A stretch of DNA of 24,927 nucleotides from an uncultured Clostridia bacterium (GCA_947623945.1 CANQHU010000027.1:1-24927), one strand, 5' to 3'. Positions 9,290 through 19,942 are shown, counted from the stretch's first letter. A program made the numbers and translations. The notes: generated by a model from the letters alone, not told the origin.

Positions 9290-10302
9290 TTATTCAAAAT
9301 AGTCTAGCATCATTGCTTTTTTTACTTTTTTCATGGTTTCTTTTGCTACTTGTCTTGCTTTTTGTGTTCCTTCTATTAAAATTTTGTCTACTTCTTCTGG
9401 ATGTGCTTCATAATATGCTCTTTTTTCTCTTATTGGTTTTAATGTTTTTATTATGTTTTGTGCTAATTGCTTTTTACAAGCAACACATCCACGTTTACCT
9501 GCTTTGCATTCTTCACATACTGCTTTTATTTCTTCTTTTGAACTAAATAAATTATGATAATATGCTACCATGCATATATCAGGATTTCCTAAATCATCTT
9601 TTTTTATACGGTTTGGATCTGTTACTGCACTCATTACTTTTTTTGTTATTTCTTCTTCGCTGTCTGATAAGTATATTGCATTTCCTAAGGATTTTCCCAT
9701 TTTTTCGTTTCCGTCTAGCCCTTTTATTCTTTTTCCTGATGATAAAACTGCTTCTGGTTCTACTAAGACTTCTCCATATATGCTGTTAAATTTTCTTACT
9801 ATTTCTCTACATTGTTCAATTAATGGCAATTGATCTTCTCCAACTGGCACTAATTCACCTTCAAATGCTGTTATGTCTGCTGCTTGGCTTACAGGATATC
9901 CTAAAAATCCATATGTTACACTTTCTCCAAATAGTTCCCTTTTTTGTGCAATTTCTGTTTTTACAGTTGGATTCCTTTCTAATCTTGCAATTGTTACTAA
10001 ATTAGAATAAAACACTGTTAATTCTGCTGTTTCTGGTACCATAGATTGAATATATATTGTTGTTTTCTTTGGGTCTATTCCGACAAGATAAATAGTCAAT
10101 TGCAACTTCTCTTACATTTTTTCTTACTTTTTCTGGATGATTAAAATTGTCTGTTAATGCTTGCACATCTGCAATTAATATGTATGGGTCATATTCTCCA
10201 CTTTCTTGTAGCTCTAGTCTTTTTTTTATTGAACCAAAATAATGTCCTATATGTAATCTTCCGAGTTGGTCTATCTCCTGTTAATATTCTTTTTTTGCTC
10301 AT
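9290..10302 (-). CDS. trpS: Tryptophan--tRNA ligase; needs two +1 frame changes
   Basis: ATG at 10302 after AGGAGGATAAGG. The N-terminal 13 codons, a middle segment and ORF 9290..10105 join into 336 aa. Restored [23 protein letters not shown] (HIGH) and [18 protein letters not shown], plus KMGKS. Confidence 0.9.
10079..10082 (-). other. CGGA frame-change site 2 in trpS
   Basis: TCT-TGT-C-GGA-ATA-GAC. Skipping C joins ...[11 protein letters not shown] to [17 protein letters not shown]. Confidence 0.85.
10260..10263 (-). other. CGGA frame-change site 1 in trpS
   Basis: CCA-ACT-C-GGA-AGA-TTA. Skipping C gives [40 protein letters not shown]. Confidence 0.85.
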
Positions 10303-10313
10303 GCCTTATCCTC

Positions 10314-11250
10314 CTATTCAATATTAATTTTTTTATCAATAATATATTCTGGTCTTTTTTGTGTATCATCATAAATTCTTGCAATGTACTCTGCTATAAC
10401 CCAAATAGATAGTAATTGTACCCCACTAAACAAAGTAATTGCAACCATAATAGAGGTCCATCCTGCTGTCAATTGGTTTAAATTAAAGATATATGAAATT
10501 AAAGAATAAATCAAAATTCCTATAGATAAAAGGATAGTTAAAAACCCTAGTCCTCCTACAATTTTTAGTGGTTTTGTCGAAAAACTAATTATTCCATCTG
10601 ATGCTAGTTTTATCATCTTTTTTAAAGGATATTTGGTTTTTCCTGCATATCTTTCTTGTCTTTCATATTCATAAGCCATTTGTTTAAATCCGAACCCAAC
10701 TAAATAATCCTCTTAAAAATTTATTATGTTCTGGCATTGAATTTACAACATCTATTACTTTTCTATCTACTAATCTAAAATCACCTGTATCTTTTGGAAT
10801 TTCTACATCTGATAAAGCATTTAATGTTTTGTAAAACATTTTTGCTGTTAATAGTTTAAATGCTGATTCTCCTTTTCTTGTTTTTCTTTTTCCATAGATT
10901 ACTTCATTTCCATCTTCCCAATATTTTATCATGTCTTGTATTAATTCTGGTGGATCTTGAAGGTCAGCATCTATAATAACAATAGCATCTCCTGTAACAT
11001 ACTTTATTCCTGCAGTTACTGCTGCTTGGTGTCCAAAATTTCTTGAAAAGGAAATTACTTTTACATTTTTATCTTCGCTTGCAATTTCTTCTATTATTTC
11101 TAATGTTTTGTCTTTGCTTCCATCATTTACAAATATAATTTCATATTCATAGTTTTCTATTTTTTTTAAGTTTTCTACTAATCTATTATAACATTCTTTT
11201 GCTACTTCTTCTTCATAATACATTGGTACAACTACAGATATTTTTTTCAT
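10314..11250 (-). CDS. GT2 polyprenyl-phosphate glycosyltransferase (GtrB/CsbB-like) with two C-terminal TM helices; needs one +1 frame change
   Basis: ORFs 10684..11259 and 10314..10679 join. GT-A motifs ISVVVPMYYEE, IIFVNDGSKDKT, IIDADLQDPPE, restored [29 protein letters not shown], then TM helices. I prefer the ATG at 11250 (RBS GGTGAG 8 nt upstream) over the GTG at 11259; this gives 311 aa. Confidence 0.85.
10689..10692 (-). other. CGGA frame-change site in the GtrB-like GT2
   Basis: TGG-GTT-C-GGA-TTT-AAA. Literal frame FSWVRI-stop. Skipping C gives [15 protein letters not shown]. Confidence 0.85.
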
Positions 11251-11255
11251 GTACT

Positions 11256-11750
11256 TCACTCACCTTTTGATTTTTCTTTATTTTTAAATATAAAAAATTT
11301 GCTTAGTATATAATTTAAAATAACTACCATAATTTGAGTTACGATTTTTGCTATTAAATCATTTATATTAAACACTCTTACCATTAATGCAAATGTTCCT
11401 ACATCACATAGAATTCCTGATACTACTCTTGCTAAAAAAAATGAACCCATTTCTAGCAAAAAGGCTTTTATTGTTTCGGTTTTGCTTTCAAAAACAAATA
11501 ATTTATTTGTGCTATAAGCAAATAAAACTGAGCAAAACCATGATAATCCACTGCTAATTACTTCGTCTATTCTTATTAATCTTGCAAATACAAAATATGA
11601 TACAAAATTTACAACTGTTGCTAATACTCCAAATATTAAGTAATTTAATATTTCTTTATACTGTATATATAATCCAATTAAAGTTTTTAGATTCAGGTTT
11701 TTTAACTTTATTTCATTTAATTTTACTTTTTCTATTTTTTGTTTTTCCAT
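11256..11750 (-). CDS. GtrA-family small polytopic membrane protein (putative lipid-linked sugar flippase)
   Basis: Intact 164-aa ORF with four hydrophobic segments and the GtrA-like pattern (LNYLIFGVLATVVNFVSYFVF ... YSTNKLFVF ... NYILSKFFIFK). Its stop abuts or overlaps the start of the GT2 gene. Confidence 0.8.
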   Translation of the reverse strand: MEKQKIEKVKLNEIKLKNLNLKTLIGLYIQYKEILNYLIFGVLATVVNFVSYFVFARLIRIDEVISSGLSWFCSVLFAYSTNKLFVFESKTETIKAFLLEMGSFFLARVVSGILCDVGTFALMVRVFNINDLIAKIVTQIMVVILNYILSKFFIFKNKEKSKGE

Positions 11751-11761
11751 TTTTCTCTTCC

Positions 11762-12706
11762 TTACACATCATTATATACTTCACCTAATGGTCTTTCTTC
11801 ATTAATTCTTTTTATTGTTGATGCAAATAGTGGTGCAATTGATAGTACTGTTATTTTGTCTATTCTTTTTTCTTCTGGAAGTGGAATAGTGTTTGTTACT
11901 ACCATTTCTTTAATTGCTGAATTTTTTATTCTTTCTATTGCTGGTCCTGATAATACTCCATGTGTACATCCTGCATAAATGTTTTTTGCACCAAATTTTT
12001 CTAATACTTTTACAGTTTCTATCATAGAACCTGCTGTATCAATTTCATCATCAAAGATTATTGCATTTTTGTCTTTTACATCCCCAATTATTGTGCTTGC
12101 AATTGCTCTATCGTCATTTCCTTCTCTTCTTTTATCTACTAATGCAATTGGGCATTCAAAAAATTCAGAATATTTATATGCTTTTTTTGAACTTCCTGCA
12201 TCTGTTGCTACAATTACCATGTCTTTTAAATTTTTCTTTTTAAAATAGTCTTCTAATAAGTATTCTGCTGTTAGTCTATCACAATTAACATTAAAATATG
12301 CTTGTATTGCTGGATTGTGTAAATCGCATGTGATAACTCTTGTTGCACCTGCTGCTTCTAATAGTTGTGCCATTAATTTTGCAGTTATTGGCACGCGAGG
12401 TTGATCTTTTTTGTCTGATCTTGAATATGGAAAATAGGGTAATACAACATTAATATTTTTTGCTGATGCTCTTTTTATTGCATCTATTGTTATTAGTAAT
12501 TCCATTATTCTTTCATTTACCGGAGGCTTAGTTGTTTGCACAATATATACATCTTTTTGTCTTACTGTTTCTAATATTTGTACAAAGTTATTGTCATTTT
12601 TGAATTTTTGATGATATATTTTTCCTATTTCTATTCCTAAATGGTCACATATTTCTTGTGTGAATTCTTCCGCTGTTGGACAAGCAAATATTTTAATATT
12701 ATTCAT
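11762..12706 (-). CDS. prs: Ribose-phosphate pyrophosphokinase
   Basis: Intact 314-aa ORF. Motifs VLPYFPYSRSDKK, DLHNPAIQAYF, and the PRPP loop IIFDDEIDTAGS. RBS AAAGGAGGA upstream. Confidence 0.92.
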   Translation of the reverse strand: MNNIKIFACPTAEEFTQEICDHLGIEIGKIYHQKFKNDNNFVQILETVRQKDVYIVQTTKPPVNERIMELLITIDAIKRASAKNINVVLPYFPYSRSDKKDQPRVPITAKLMAQLLEAAGATRVITCDLHNPAIQAYFNVNCDRLTAEYLLEDYFKKKNLKDMVIVATDAGSSKKAYKYSEFFECPIALVDKRREGNDDRAIASTIIGDVKDKNAIIFDDEIDTAGSMIETVKVLEKFGAKNIYAGCTHGVLSGPAIERIKNSAIKEMVVTNTIPLPEEKRIDKITVLSIAPLFASTIKRINEERPLGEVYNDV

Positions 12707-12773
12707 TTTACTAATCCTCCTTTTATTTAATTCATGTACATAATATCATAAAATTGGAAAAAAGTATACATTA

Positions 12774-12808
12774 AAAGCACATAAAATTAAAATAATTTTA
12801 TGTGCTTT
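12774..12808 (-). terminator. Rho-independent terminator hairpin after the cadherin-like-domain gene
   Basis: Perfect 15-bp stem aaagcacataaaatt (12774-12788) / aattttatgtgcttt (12794-12808) with a 5-nt loop. T-runs lie on both sides (TTTT on minus, GTTTTTT on plus). Confidence 0.65.
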
Positions 12809-12813
12809 GTTTT

Positions 12814-13515
12814 TTAACAATGTTTTCCCCTTGCATTTTTACTTCTTACTATTAACACTGTAGCAATTATTACAACTGCAACTACAAATACAATTATCCA
12901 AACAGTTAAATTTCCAGATTGATTTTCATTATTTCCTACATTATTGTTTTCAATTTTTCCGTTTTCCTGTATTACACTTGAAGTTTCTTCTGTAGGTTGT
13001 TCAATCATTTCATCATTTTCTTTGTTTTGGTCTTCTTGATTTGTTGGTTCTTCATTATTATTATTAGTTCCTTTTGTTAAATGAATTGTATAAGTCCTTA
13101 CTGTTCCTGATTCTGCTATTACATCAATTCTAAAATCGTTTTTATCTACTTTTACTTTCCCTGCTCCTTCTACTTTTGCCTTTGAATCACTTGGTGTTGC
13201 TACAATATTAATTTCACTACTATTTATAGTGTTTTCTATTGTATATTCTATTGTTTGTTTGTCAAATTTAGGTGAAAGTTCATAGCCTTCTACTTTTAAA
13301 TTTTCTAAATAGTTATTGCTAGATTTTCCTTCTGCTTCTTTTAATTCTTTTTGCTGTTCTTCTAGCATTTTTTGGCTTTCTTGTTCTGCTTGTTCATCAT
13401 CATATTCTGCAAAGCCTTTGCTACTATTTGGGTCAGCATATACTTTATTTACAGTTACTAATCCAAATAGCATAAGACTAATTAATAATACAATTATTTT
13501 TTTTGATTTTCTCAT
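12814..13515 (-). CDS. Secreted, C-terminally membrane-anchored protein with a cadherin-like beta-sandwich domain
   Basis: Intact 233-aa ORF. Signal peptide (LLISLMLFGLVTVNKVYA). LENLKVEGYELSPKFDKQTIEYTIE...ATPSDSKAKVEGAG...IDVIAESGTVRTYTIHL matches the cadherin-like beta-sandwich pattern. N/E/Q-rich linker and a C-terminal TM helix with a basic tail. Confidence 0.7.
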   Translation of the reverse strand: MRKSKKIIVLLISLMLFGLVTVNKVYADPNSSKGFAEYDDEQAEQESQKMLEEQQKELKEAEGKSSNNYLENLKVEGYELSPKFDKQTIEYTIENTINSSEINIVATPSDSKAKVEGAGKVKVDKNDFRIDVIAESGTVRTYTIHLTKGTNNNNEEPTNQEDQNKENDEMIEQPTEETSSVIQENGKIENNNVGNNENQSGNLTVWIIVFVVAVVIIATVLIVRSKNARGKHC

Positions 13516-13536
13516 TTTTCCTTCTTTCTAATCTAC

Positions 13537-16420
13537 TTATCTTGCTAAGAATTTAGATGGCATAAATCCTTGCTGTCCTGTAGATAATCTTACTCTATTC
13601 CAATTATATCCATCAATATTATTATAAGTTCCTTCATTAATAACTGTAACTTCTACTCCATCTGCAATTGCTGTTATTAAACTTAAGTTTATGCTTGGTC
13701 CAACTCTTACTTTACAGCCATCCCCATCATTTGTTTTTACTTTTGCTTTATAGTTGCAATTTGTTTTATCGTCAATTTGTTTTAAATAATCTCCAGACAT
13801 ATATCCAATGGTTCCATCTTGCATAACAACTTTATGCCAATTGCTATTTATTCCTCTTTGTACAGATAATATTGTTTCTCCATATTTTAGTAATTTGATT
13901 GTATCTGAATTTGTGCTTGCTTCTTTTCTAATCCATAATCCGCTTTTTGCAGTTATTTGCACATCTATTGGTGATGTTTCTTGGTTGTTAACTGGTGTTT
14001 CTGAAATAGTTGCATTTATATTTTCATACATTGGTATTATAAATGTGAAATTAGAATCTATTTTTCCTGTATTTGCATACATACTTCTTAAGATGTTTGC
14101 TTCACTATATGCTGCCATTAAGTTTTGCATATATTGGTGAGAATATAATCCTCCACCACTTCTTGTATCTATATCAAATTTATTTTGATATAGAGTGTTT
14201 TGATAGTTTTCTAGCCAGTTCTTTTTGCAAAATTCAATTCCACCTTCTAAACCTTTTTGCATAGAATCCCATCCATGGCTTTTTGCATAACTTAGAGCAT
14301 TTGCAATAATTTGTGAACTACCATTTCCTGTTGCTCCAATATTAAATGGATTGTAATATGTTTTACCATCTCCACCATTCATACCTTTTCCAATTACAGT
14401 ACCTTTTGAGCCTTGTTCTTGTAATACTCTTGAGGTTATGTAATAAGGATTTACATTTTGATTTTTACAAGCATTGTCTATTGCAGAAGCATAATTTTGT
14501 AAAAATGTGTTATTTACTTTTGATTGAATTCCTTGTAGTGTGCATACTCCTTCTATGTATTCATTTACATCTTGAAATTGAAATACACTTTCTTCTGTTA
14601 AAAAGTTTCTTGGATCCATGTAATATGCTGTTGCTTTTCCGTGATGCACAATACCAACCACTATCATATAATTTTGTTCCACATACTTGGCAAACCCATT
14701 CTCCACCATAGTTTGTTGGAACTAAGTTTCTAGAGTGTAATGATGTTTCTCCTGCAATTACATTATCAAATTTCAATCCAGTATATAATAATTCAAAATT
14801 CCATCCTGGGTGAGCATCCATTAGAGCTTTTATTTTTTCTTTATATCCTGGGTATTTTTTTGTATCTATTGTGCTTAATAAATCAAGTGGTTTTACAAAT
14901 TTAAATTTTTGTGCATTAGAACCATTTCCTGCATACACTTGTACATTTTCTCCATTTTTTGCAAGTCCACATGAAATATCTAAACATAAATTGCTACTTA
15001 GTTTTGAAACAATTGAATAATATCCATTTCCTACATCTTTTATTAGCCATTTTTGTGCATCTGAATCATTAAATTCATATTGTTGCACATTTGTACCATT
15101 TGTTTTTCCTGCACCTGCTACATCTAATACTTTATTAGAATGTACTGCTGTTATAGTATAGTAGCCATTTCCAATTGATTTTACATTAAATTTTTGTCTA
15201 TTTGCTGCTTGTTTTTGATATAACTGAACATTTGCACCATTAGATTTAAATCCGCCATTTACATCTAATACATAATTGCTTGATATAGCACTTTCAATTG
15301 AATATGTTCCATCTTTAATTGGTCCACTTGTTACATTAGCATTTCCACTACTATTATTATTATTGTTGTTGTTATTATTGTTATTATTATTTGGAGTTTC
15401 TTTTACTGCTTCAAATTTAAATTTTTGTGCATTAGAATTATTTCCTGCATATACTTGTATGTTTCTTCCGTTTTGTGCAATTCCTCCATCTATATCAATG
15501 TACAAATTATTTGATTTTGAAATAATAGAATATACATCATTTCCAAGACTTTTTATAATCCATTTTTGTGCATCTGAATTATTAGATTGATATTGTTGTA
15601 CATTAGTTCCATTTGTTTTTCCACCACCTGCTACATCTAATGCTTTTTTAGAGTGCATTGCTGTTATAGAATATGTACCATCATTTAAATATTTTACTGT
15701 AAATTTTTGTGCATTACTGTTGTTAGATTGATATAGTTGTACATTTGCTCCATTACTACTTGATGCTCCTGCTATATCTAATACATAATTGTTTGAAACC
15801 ATACTCTTAATAGTATAGTTTCCATCTGCTATTGTTTTTGTTCCTTGCTCAGGTTTTGTTGTATTATTGTTTGTAACTTTTTCAAATTTAAATTTTTGTG
15901 CATTAGAACCATTTCCTGCATACACTTGTACATTTTCTCCGTTTTTTGCAAGTCCACATGCAATATCCATATATAAATTGCTACTTAGTTTTGAAACAAT
16001 TGAATAATATCCATTTCCTGCGTCTTTTATCATCCATTTTTGTGCATCTGAATTATTAGATTCATATTGTTGCACATTTGTTCCATTAGTTTTTGCGGCA
16101 CCTGCTACGTCTAATACTTTTTTAGAGTTTACTGATGTTATTGTATAATATCCATTTCCTAAAGATTTAACTGTAAATTTTTGCGCATTACTATTGTTTG
16201 ATTCATATATTTGAGCATTTGCTCCATTAGTATTTGAAGCTCCTGCTATGTCTAATACATATTTATTATTAATAGCAGATTTTATAACATAAGTTCCATC
16301 CTCAATTGTTTGTGATGAACTTTGTGCTGATAACGAAATAATAGTATTAAATAAGCCTACTTGTAATAAAGTAAACAAAAATAATACTATTATTAATCTA
16401 TATTTTTTATTATTTTTCAT
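13537..16420 (-). CDS. Cell-wall hydrolase: signal peptide, 3 ricin-B (QxW)3 lectin modules, GH73-like N-acetylglucosaminidase domain, 2 SH3b domains; needs one +1 frame change
   Basis: ORFs 14561..16420 and 13537..14709 join into 960 aa. Three ~145-aa modules have repeated NAQKF/DAQKW motifs. The glucosaminidase-like core runs from restored WYCASGKATAYYMDPRNFL through ITSRVLQEQGSKG to YSHQYMQNLMAAYSE. Two SH3b-like C-terminal repeats. Confidence 0.8.
14638..14641 (-). other. CGGA frame-change site in the GH73-like autolysin
   Basis: GCA-TCA-C-GGA-AAA-GCA. Literal frame WYCASRKSNSILHGSKKLFN...stop. Skipping C gives WYCASGKATAYYMDPRNFLTEESVFQFQD. Confidence 0.85.
14896..15032 (-). repeat. Intragenic near-identical DNA repeat (ricin module 3), copy 1
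   Basis: This 137-nt stretch matches 15883-16019 (offset 987 nt) with fewer than 10 mismatches by eye. Weaker similarity continues for about 150 nt more. Confidence 0.8.
15353..15391 (-). repeat. Imperfect trinucleotide tract encoding Asn x13
   Basis: (att/gtt)13 on the plus strand equals AAT/AAC x13 in frame. It forms a linker between ricin modules 2 and 3. Confidence 0.9.
15883..16019 (-). repeat. Intragenic near-identical DNA repeat (ricin module 1), copy 2
   Basis: Partner of 14896-15032. Confidence 0.8.
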
Positions 16421-16510
16421 TTATCATTCGCCTCCCTCAATACCCACAATCACATTTTATCATATTATGTTGAAAAATGGAACATTTTTGAGGGATTTAA
16501 ATATGTCTTT

Positions 16511-16532
16511 TTTGTAACTTTTATGTTACAAA
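16511..16532. promoter_or_regulatory. Inverted repeat TTTGTAAC-N6-GTTACAAA upstream of the GH73-like autolysin gene
   Basis: Perfect 8-bp arms (16511-16518 / 16525-16532), 7 nt downstream of the rfbB stop and about 90 nt upstream of the autolysin ATG. No T-tract follows on the minus strand, so it is unlikely to be a terminator. It shares the TGTAAC/TGTTAC half-site with the 31-nt elements. Confidence 0.4.
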
Positions 16533-16538
16533 TTTATT

Positions 16539-17502
16539 TCATAGCCACTCTTGATTTTCTAAGTACCAATCAATGGTTTTTACAATACCATCTTCAAATT
16601 TTGTTTTTGGAAACCATCCGAAGTTCTGTTTTTATTTTTGTAGGGTCAATTGCATAACGATAGTCATGCCCTTTTCTATCTGTTACATGTTCAATTAAGT
16701 CTTCTGATTTTCCTAACCTTTTTAATATTAATTTTACAATTTCAATGTTTCTCTTTTCATTGTGTCCTCCGATGTTGTATCTTTCTCCTGCAACTCCTTT
16801 ATGGAAAACTAAATCAATTGCTTCACAATGATCTTCTACATATAACCAATCTCTAATATTTAAACCTTCTCCATAGACTGGCAATTTTTCGTCTTTTAGG
16901 GCTAATTTAATCATATGTGGTATTAATTTTTCGTTATGTTGATATGGTCCATAATTATTAGAGCAATTTGTTACATTAACATTCATTTTATAAGTTTCTT
17001 TATAAGCAAGTGCTATTAGGTCTGAACTTGCTTTTGAAGATGAATATGGGCTACTTGGTTTTATTGGTGATTTTTCAGTAAAGTATCCTTCTTCTCCAAG
17101 TGAACCATAAACTTCATCTGTTGATATGTGAACAAATTTGTTTTCGCTTCCTTCTCCCCATTTTTGTTTTGCAGTTTCAAGCAAAGTATGTGTACCAATT
17201 ACATTTGTTTGTGTAAATATAAATGGGTTTTTAATGCTATTGTCAACATGTGATTCTGCTGCAAAATGAATTACTCCATTAATATCATATTTATCAAAAA
17301 TTTCTTTCATTTTTTCAAAGTCACATATATCTGCTTTTTCAAATTCTATTTTATCTTTTACTTTTCTTAAATTATTTAAGTTTCCTGCATATGTTAATTT
17401 ATCAACAACTACTACTTTGTAGTCTGGGTGTTTATTTACAAAATATTCTGCAAAGTTTGCTCCAATAAAGCCTGCAGCACCTGTTACTAATACATTTTTC
17501 AT
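16539..17502 (-). CDS. rfbB: dTDP-glucose 4,6-dehydratase; needs one +1 frame change near the C-terminus
   Basis: ORF 16594..17502 (VLVTGAAGFIGANF, YSSSKASSD, HISTDEVYG) continues after skipping one C as TELGWFPKTKFEDGIVKTIDWYLENQEWL-stop, with TGA at 16539-16541. Total 320 aa. Confidence 0.88.
16617..16620 (-). other. CGGA frame-change site in rfbB
   Basis: GAA-CTT-C-GGA-TGG-TTT. Literal frame TELRMVSKNKI-stop. Skipping C restores the conserved LGW...F..G...T..WY C-terminus. Confidence 0.85.
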
Positions 17503-17517
17503 TTTTTATTTCCTTCC

Positions 17518-18099
17518 TTATTTTAAATTTTTGAATAAATCTGTTTGGCTTAATTCTTTTAGGCTTGGCCATTTACTATCTTTTTCTGATGTTAATAAAT
17601 CTGATATTTGCATATTTCCCATAGGCCATTCAATTGCAACATCTGGGTCATTCCAAGCAAGACCTCCTTCAGCTTCATGATTATATATATCATCACATTT
17701 ATAAGTAAATTCTGCTTCTTCTGATAATACTAAAAATCCATGTGCAAATCCTCTTGGAATCATAAACATTTTTTTATTTTCTTCTGAAAGTATTACACCT
17801 TCCCATTTTCCATATGTTTTGCTATTTGGTCTTAAGTCTACTGCTACATCAAAGACTTCTCCTTTTATTACTCTTACAAGTTTTGCTTGTGTGTTTTCTT
17901 TTTGAAAATGTAAGCCTCTTAAAACTCCTTTTTTTGATTTTGATTGATTATCTTGCACAAATTCGTAATTTAATCCTAATTCTTTAAATTCTTCTTTACT
18001 ATATGTTTCCATGAAATATCCACGATTGTCTCCAAATACAGTTGGCTCTAATATGCATACACCTTCTATTGATGTATCAATTTTTTTAAATTTTCCCAT
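17518..18099 (-). CDS. rfbC: dTDP-4-dehydrorhamnose 3,5-epimerase
   Basis: Intact 193-aa ORF. Motifs FGDNRGYFMETY, RGLHFQ, VFDVAVDLR, IPRGFAHGF. Confidence 0.92.
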   Translation of the reverse strand: MGKFKKIDTSIEGVCILEPTVFGDNRGYFMETYSKEEFKELGLNYEFVQDNQSKSKKGVLRGLHFQKENTQAKLVRVIKGEVFDVAVDLRPNSKTYGKWEGVILSEENKKMFMIPRGFAHGFLVLSEEAEFTYKCDDIYNHEAEGGLAWNDPDVAIEWPMGNMQISDLLTSEKDSKWPSLKELSQTDLFKNLK

Positions 18100-18112
18100 T
18101 TGTTTTTTCCTC

Positions 18113-18988
18113 CTATTCTTCTGCTAAACTTTTTAAATATTTTCCATAGTCTGTTTTCATGTAATTGTCTGCTAATTTTGATAATTGCTCTTTTGTAATC
18201 CATCCTTTTTGATATGCAATTTCTTCTGGACAACATACTTGCATTCCTTGCCTTTTTTCTATTGTTTGAACAAAACTTGCAGTTTCCAATAAAGCATCAT
18301 GTGTTCCTGTGTCAAACCATGTCATACCTCTTCCAAATGTTTCTACATATAGTTTATTTCGTTTCATATATTCTTCATTAACAGATGTAATTTCTAATTC
18401 TCCTCTTGCAGATGGCTTAATGTTTTTTGAAATTTCTACTACATCATTTGTATAGAAATATAAACCTGGAACTGCATAATTAGATTTTGGATTACTTGGC
18501 TTTTCTTCTATTGAAATTGCCTTTCCATCTTGGTCGATTTCGACAACCCCATATGCTCTTGGGTCTTTTACTTGATAGCCAAATATTGTAGATTCATTTT
18601 CTCTTTCATTTGCTCTTTTTAACATTTCTGAAAGATGAGAACCATAAAACATATTATCTCCCAATATCATAGCAACATTATCTTCCCCAATAAATTCTTC
18701 TCCAATTATAAATGCTTCTGCTAGTCCATTTGGTTTTTCTTGTATTTTATATTCAAATTTCATTCCCCATTTGCTTCCATCTCCTAATAGTTCTTGGAAA
18801 ACAACAATATCTCTTGGTGTTGAAATTATTAATACTTCTCTTATGTTTGCTTCCATTAATACAGATAATGGATAATAAATCATTGGTTTGTCATATACTG
18901 GCATAATTTGTTTTGATATAGCATGTGTTAGTGGATATAATCTTGTTCCACTTCCTCCTGCTAAAATGATTCCTTTTCTATTTTTCAT
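18113..18988 (-). CDS. rfbA: Glucose-1-phosphate thymidylyltransferase
   Basis: Intact 291-aa ORF. Motifs [41 protein letters not shown]. Confidence 0.93.
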   Translation of the reverse strand: MKNRKGIILAGGSGTRLYPLTHAISKQIMPVYDKPMIYYPLSVLMEANIREVLIISTPRDIVVFQELLGDGSKWGMKFEYKIQEKPNGLAEAFIIGEEFIGEDNVAMILGDNMFYGSHLSEMLKRANERENESTIFGYQVKDPRAYGVVEIDQDGKAISIEEKPSNPKSNYAVPGLYFYTNDVVEISKNIKPSARGELEITSVNEEYMKRNKLYVETFGRGMTWFDTGTHDALLETASFVQTIEKRQGMQVCCPEEIAYQKGWITKEQLSKLADNYMKTDYGKYLKSLAEE

Positions 18989-19004
18989 TTAATATAAATC
19001 CTTT

Positions 19005-19865
19005 CTACATTTTTCCTTCTTTTATTAAATATCTTTTTAATGCATCTTGCCATTTAGGAATATTTATTCCTTGAGATATTAATTTTTCTTTTGATAATTT
19101 AGAATTTTTTGGTCTTTTGGCTTGTGTTATTTTCATCATTTCTATGTATTCTTCAGTAGTTACTGGATTTACTTTACAAGTAACATTTGCATATTCAAAT
19201 ATAGTTTTTGTAAAGTCATACCAAGTTGTATAACCTTGGTTTGTCGCATTATAAATTCCATATGGTATTTTTTTCTCTATTGCTTCTCCAATAATATTTG
19301 CTAAGTCTTCTGCATATGTAGGAGAACCATGTTGGTCTGCAACTACATTTAATTCATCTTTAGTTTCTGCTAATTTTAACATTGTTCTTACAAAATTGTT
19401 TCCTTCTCCATATAACCAAGCAGTTCTAAAAATGTAATATTTATCTGTATTTTCTTTTATTTTGTTTTCTCCATGTAATTTCGTAATGCCATATGCTGTT
19501 ACTGGGTTTTTAGGGTCTTCTTCTTTATAGTCTTTTTCTATATCCAATTCTCCACCAAATACATAGTCTGTACTAATGTGAATTAGTATGCTATTATTTT
19601 CTTTTGCTGCTTTAGCTAAGTTTTCTGGTCCTTGTGCATTTATTTTTTCTACTATTTCTCCTGCTGTTTCTGCTTTATCTACCGCAGTATATGCTGCACA
19701 ATTTACAATATATTCTGGTTTTGTTTTTTGTACAAATTCTAAAACCGCATTGTAATTTGTAATATCTAAATCTTCTACATCTGTACAAATTAGTTCATTT
19801 CCTTCTAATCTTTTTTTTACTGAATTTGCAAGCATTCCATTTGCTCCTGTTATTAAAATTTTCAT
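19005..19865 (-). CDS. rfbD: dTDP-4-dehydrorhamnose reductase
   Basis: Intact 286-aa ORF. Motifs MKILITGANGMLA, NCAAYTAVDKAE, HISTDYVF, YGITKLHGE. Confidence 0.9.
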   Translation of the reverse strand: MKILITGANGMLANSVKKRLEGNELICTDVEDLDITNYNAVLEFVQKTKPEYIVNCAAYTAVDKAETAGEIVEKINAQGPENLAKAAKENNSILIHISTDYVFGGELDIEKDYKEEDPKNPVTAYGITKLHGENKIKENTDKYYIFRTAWLYGEGNNFVRTMLKLAETKDELNVVADQHGSPTYAEDLANIIGEAIEKKIPYGIYNATNQGYTTWYDFTKTIFEYANVTCKVNPVTTEEYIEMMKITQAKRPKNSKLSKEKLISQGINIPKWQDALKRYLIKEGKM

Positions 19866-19913
19866 TGTATCATTCCTTTCTTTTTTTACTTATATATAAT
19901 ATCATTTAAAGTC

Positions 19914-19942
19914 AAAAAGTACAAGGGAATCTTGTACTTTTT
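19914..19942 (-). terminator. Rho-independent terminator after the GH25 gene
   Basis: 12-bp stem aaaaagtacaag (19914-19925) / cttgtacttttt (19931-19942) with loop ggaat. On the minus strand the hairpin ends in TTTTT. Confidence 0.7.

Noticed and set aside
10303-10313. An expected T-box or other leader upstream of trpS.
   Set aside because: Only 11 nt separate the upstream GT2 stop from the trpS ATG, and these are occupied by the RBS. No leader can fit.
11251-11259. The GTG at 11259 as the start of the GtrB-like GT2, as implied by the ORF track.
   Set aside because: The ATG at 11250 is preceded by GGTGAG at proper spacing and gives the typical MKKISVVVPMY... GT2 N-terminus. The GTG start would overlap the GtrA-like stop and has no RBS. 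It is kept only as an alternative.
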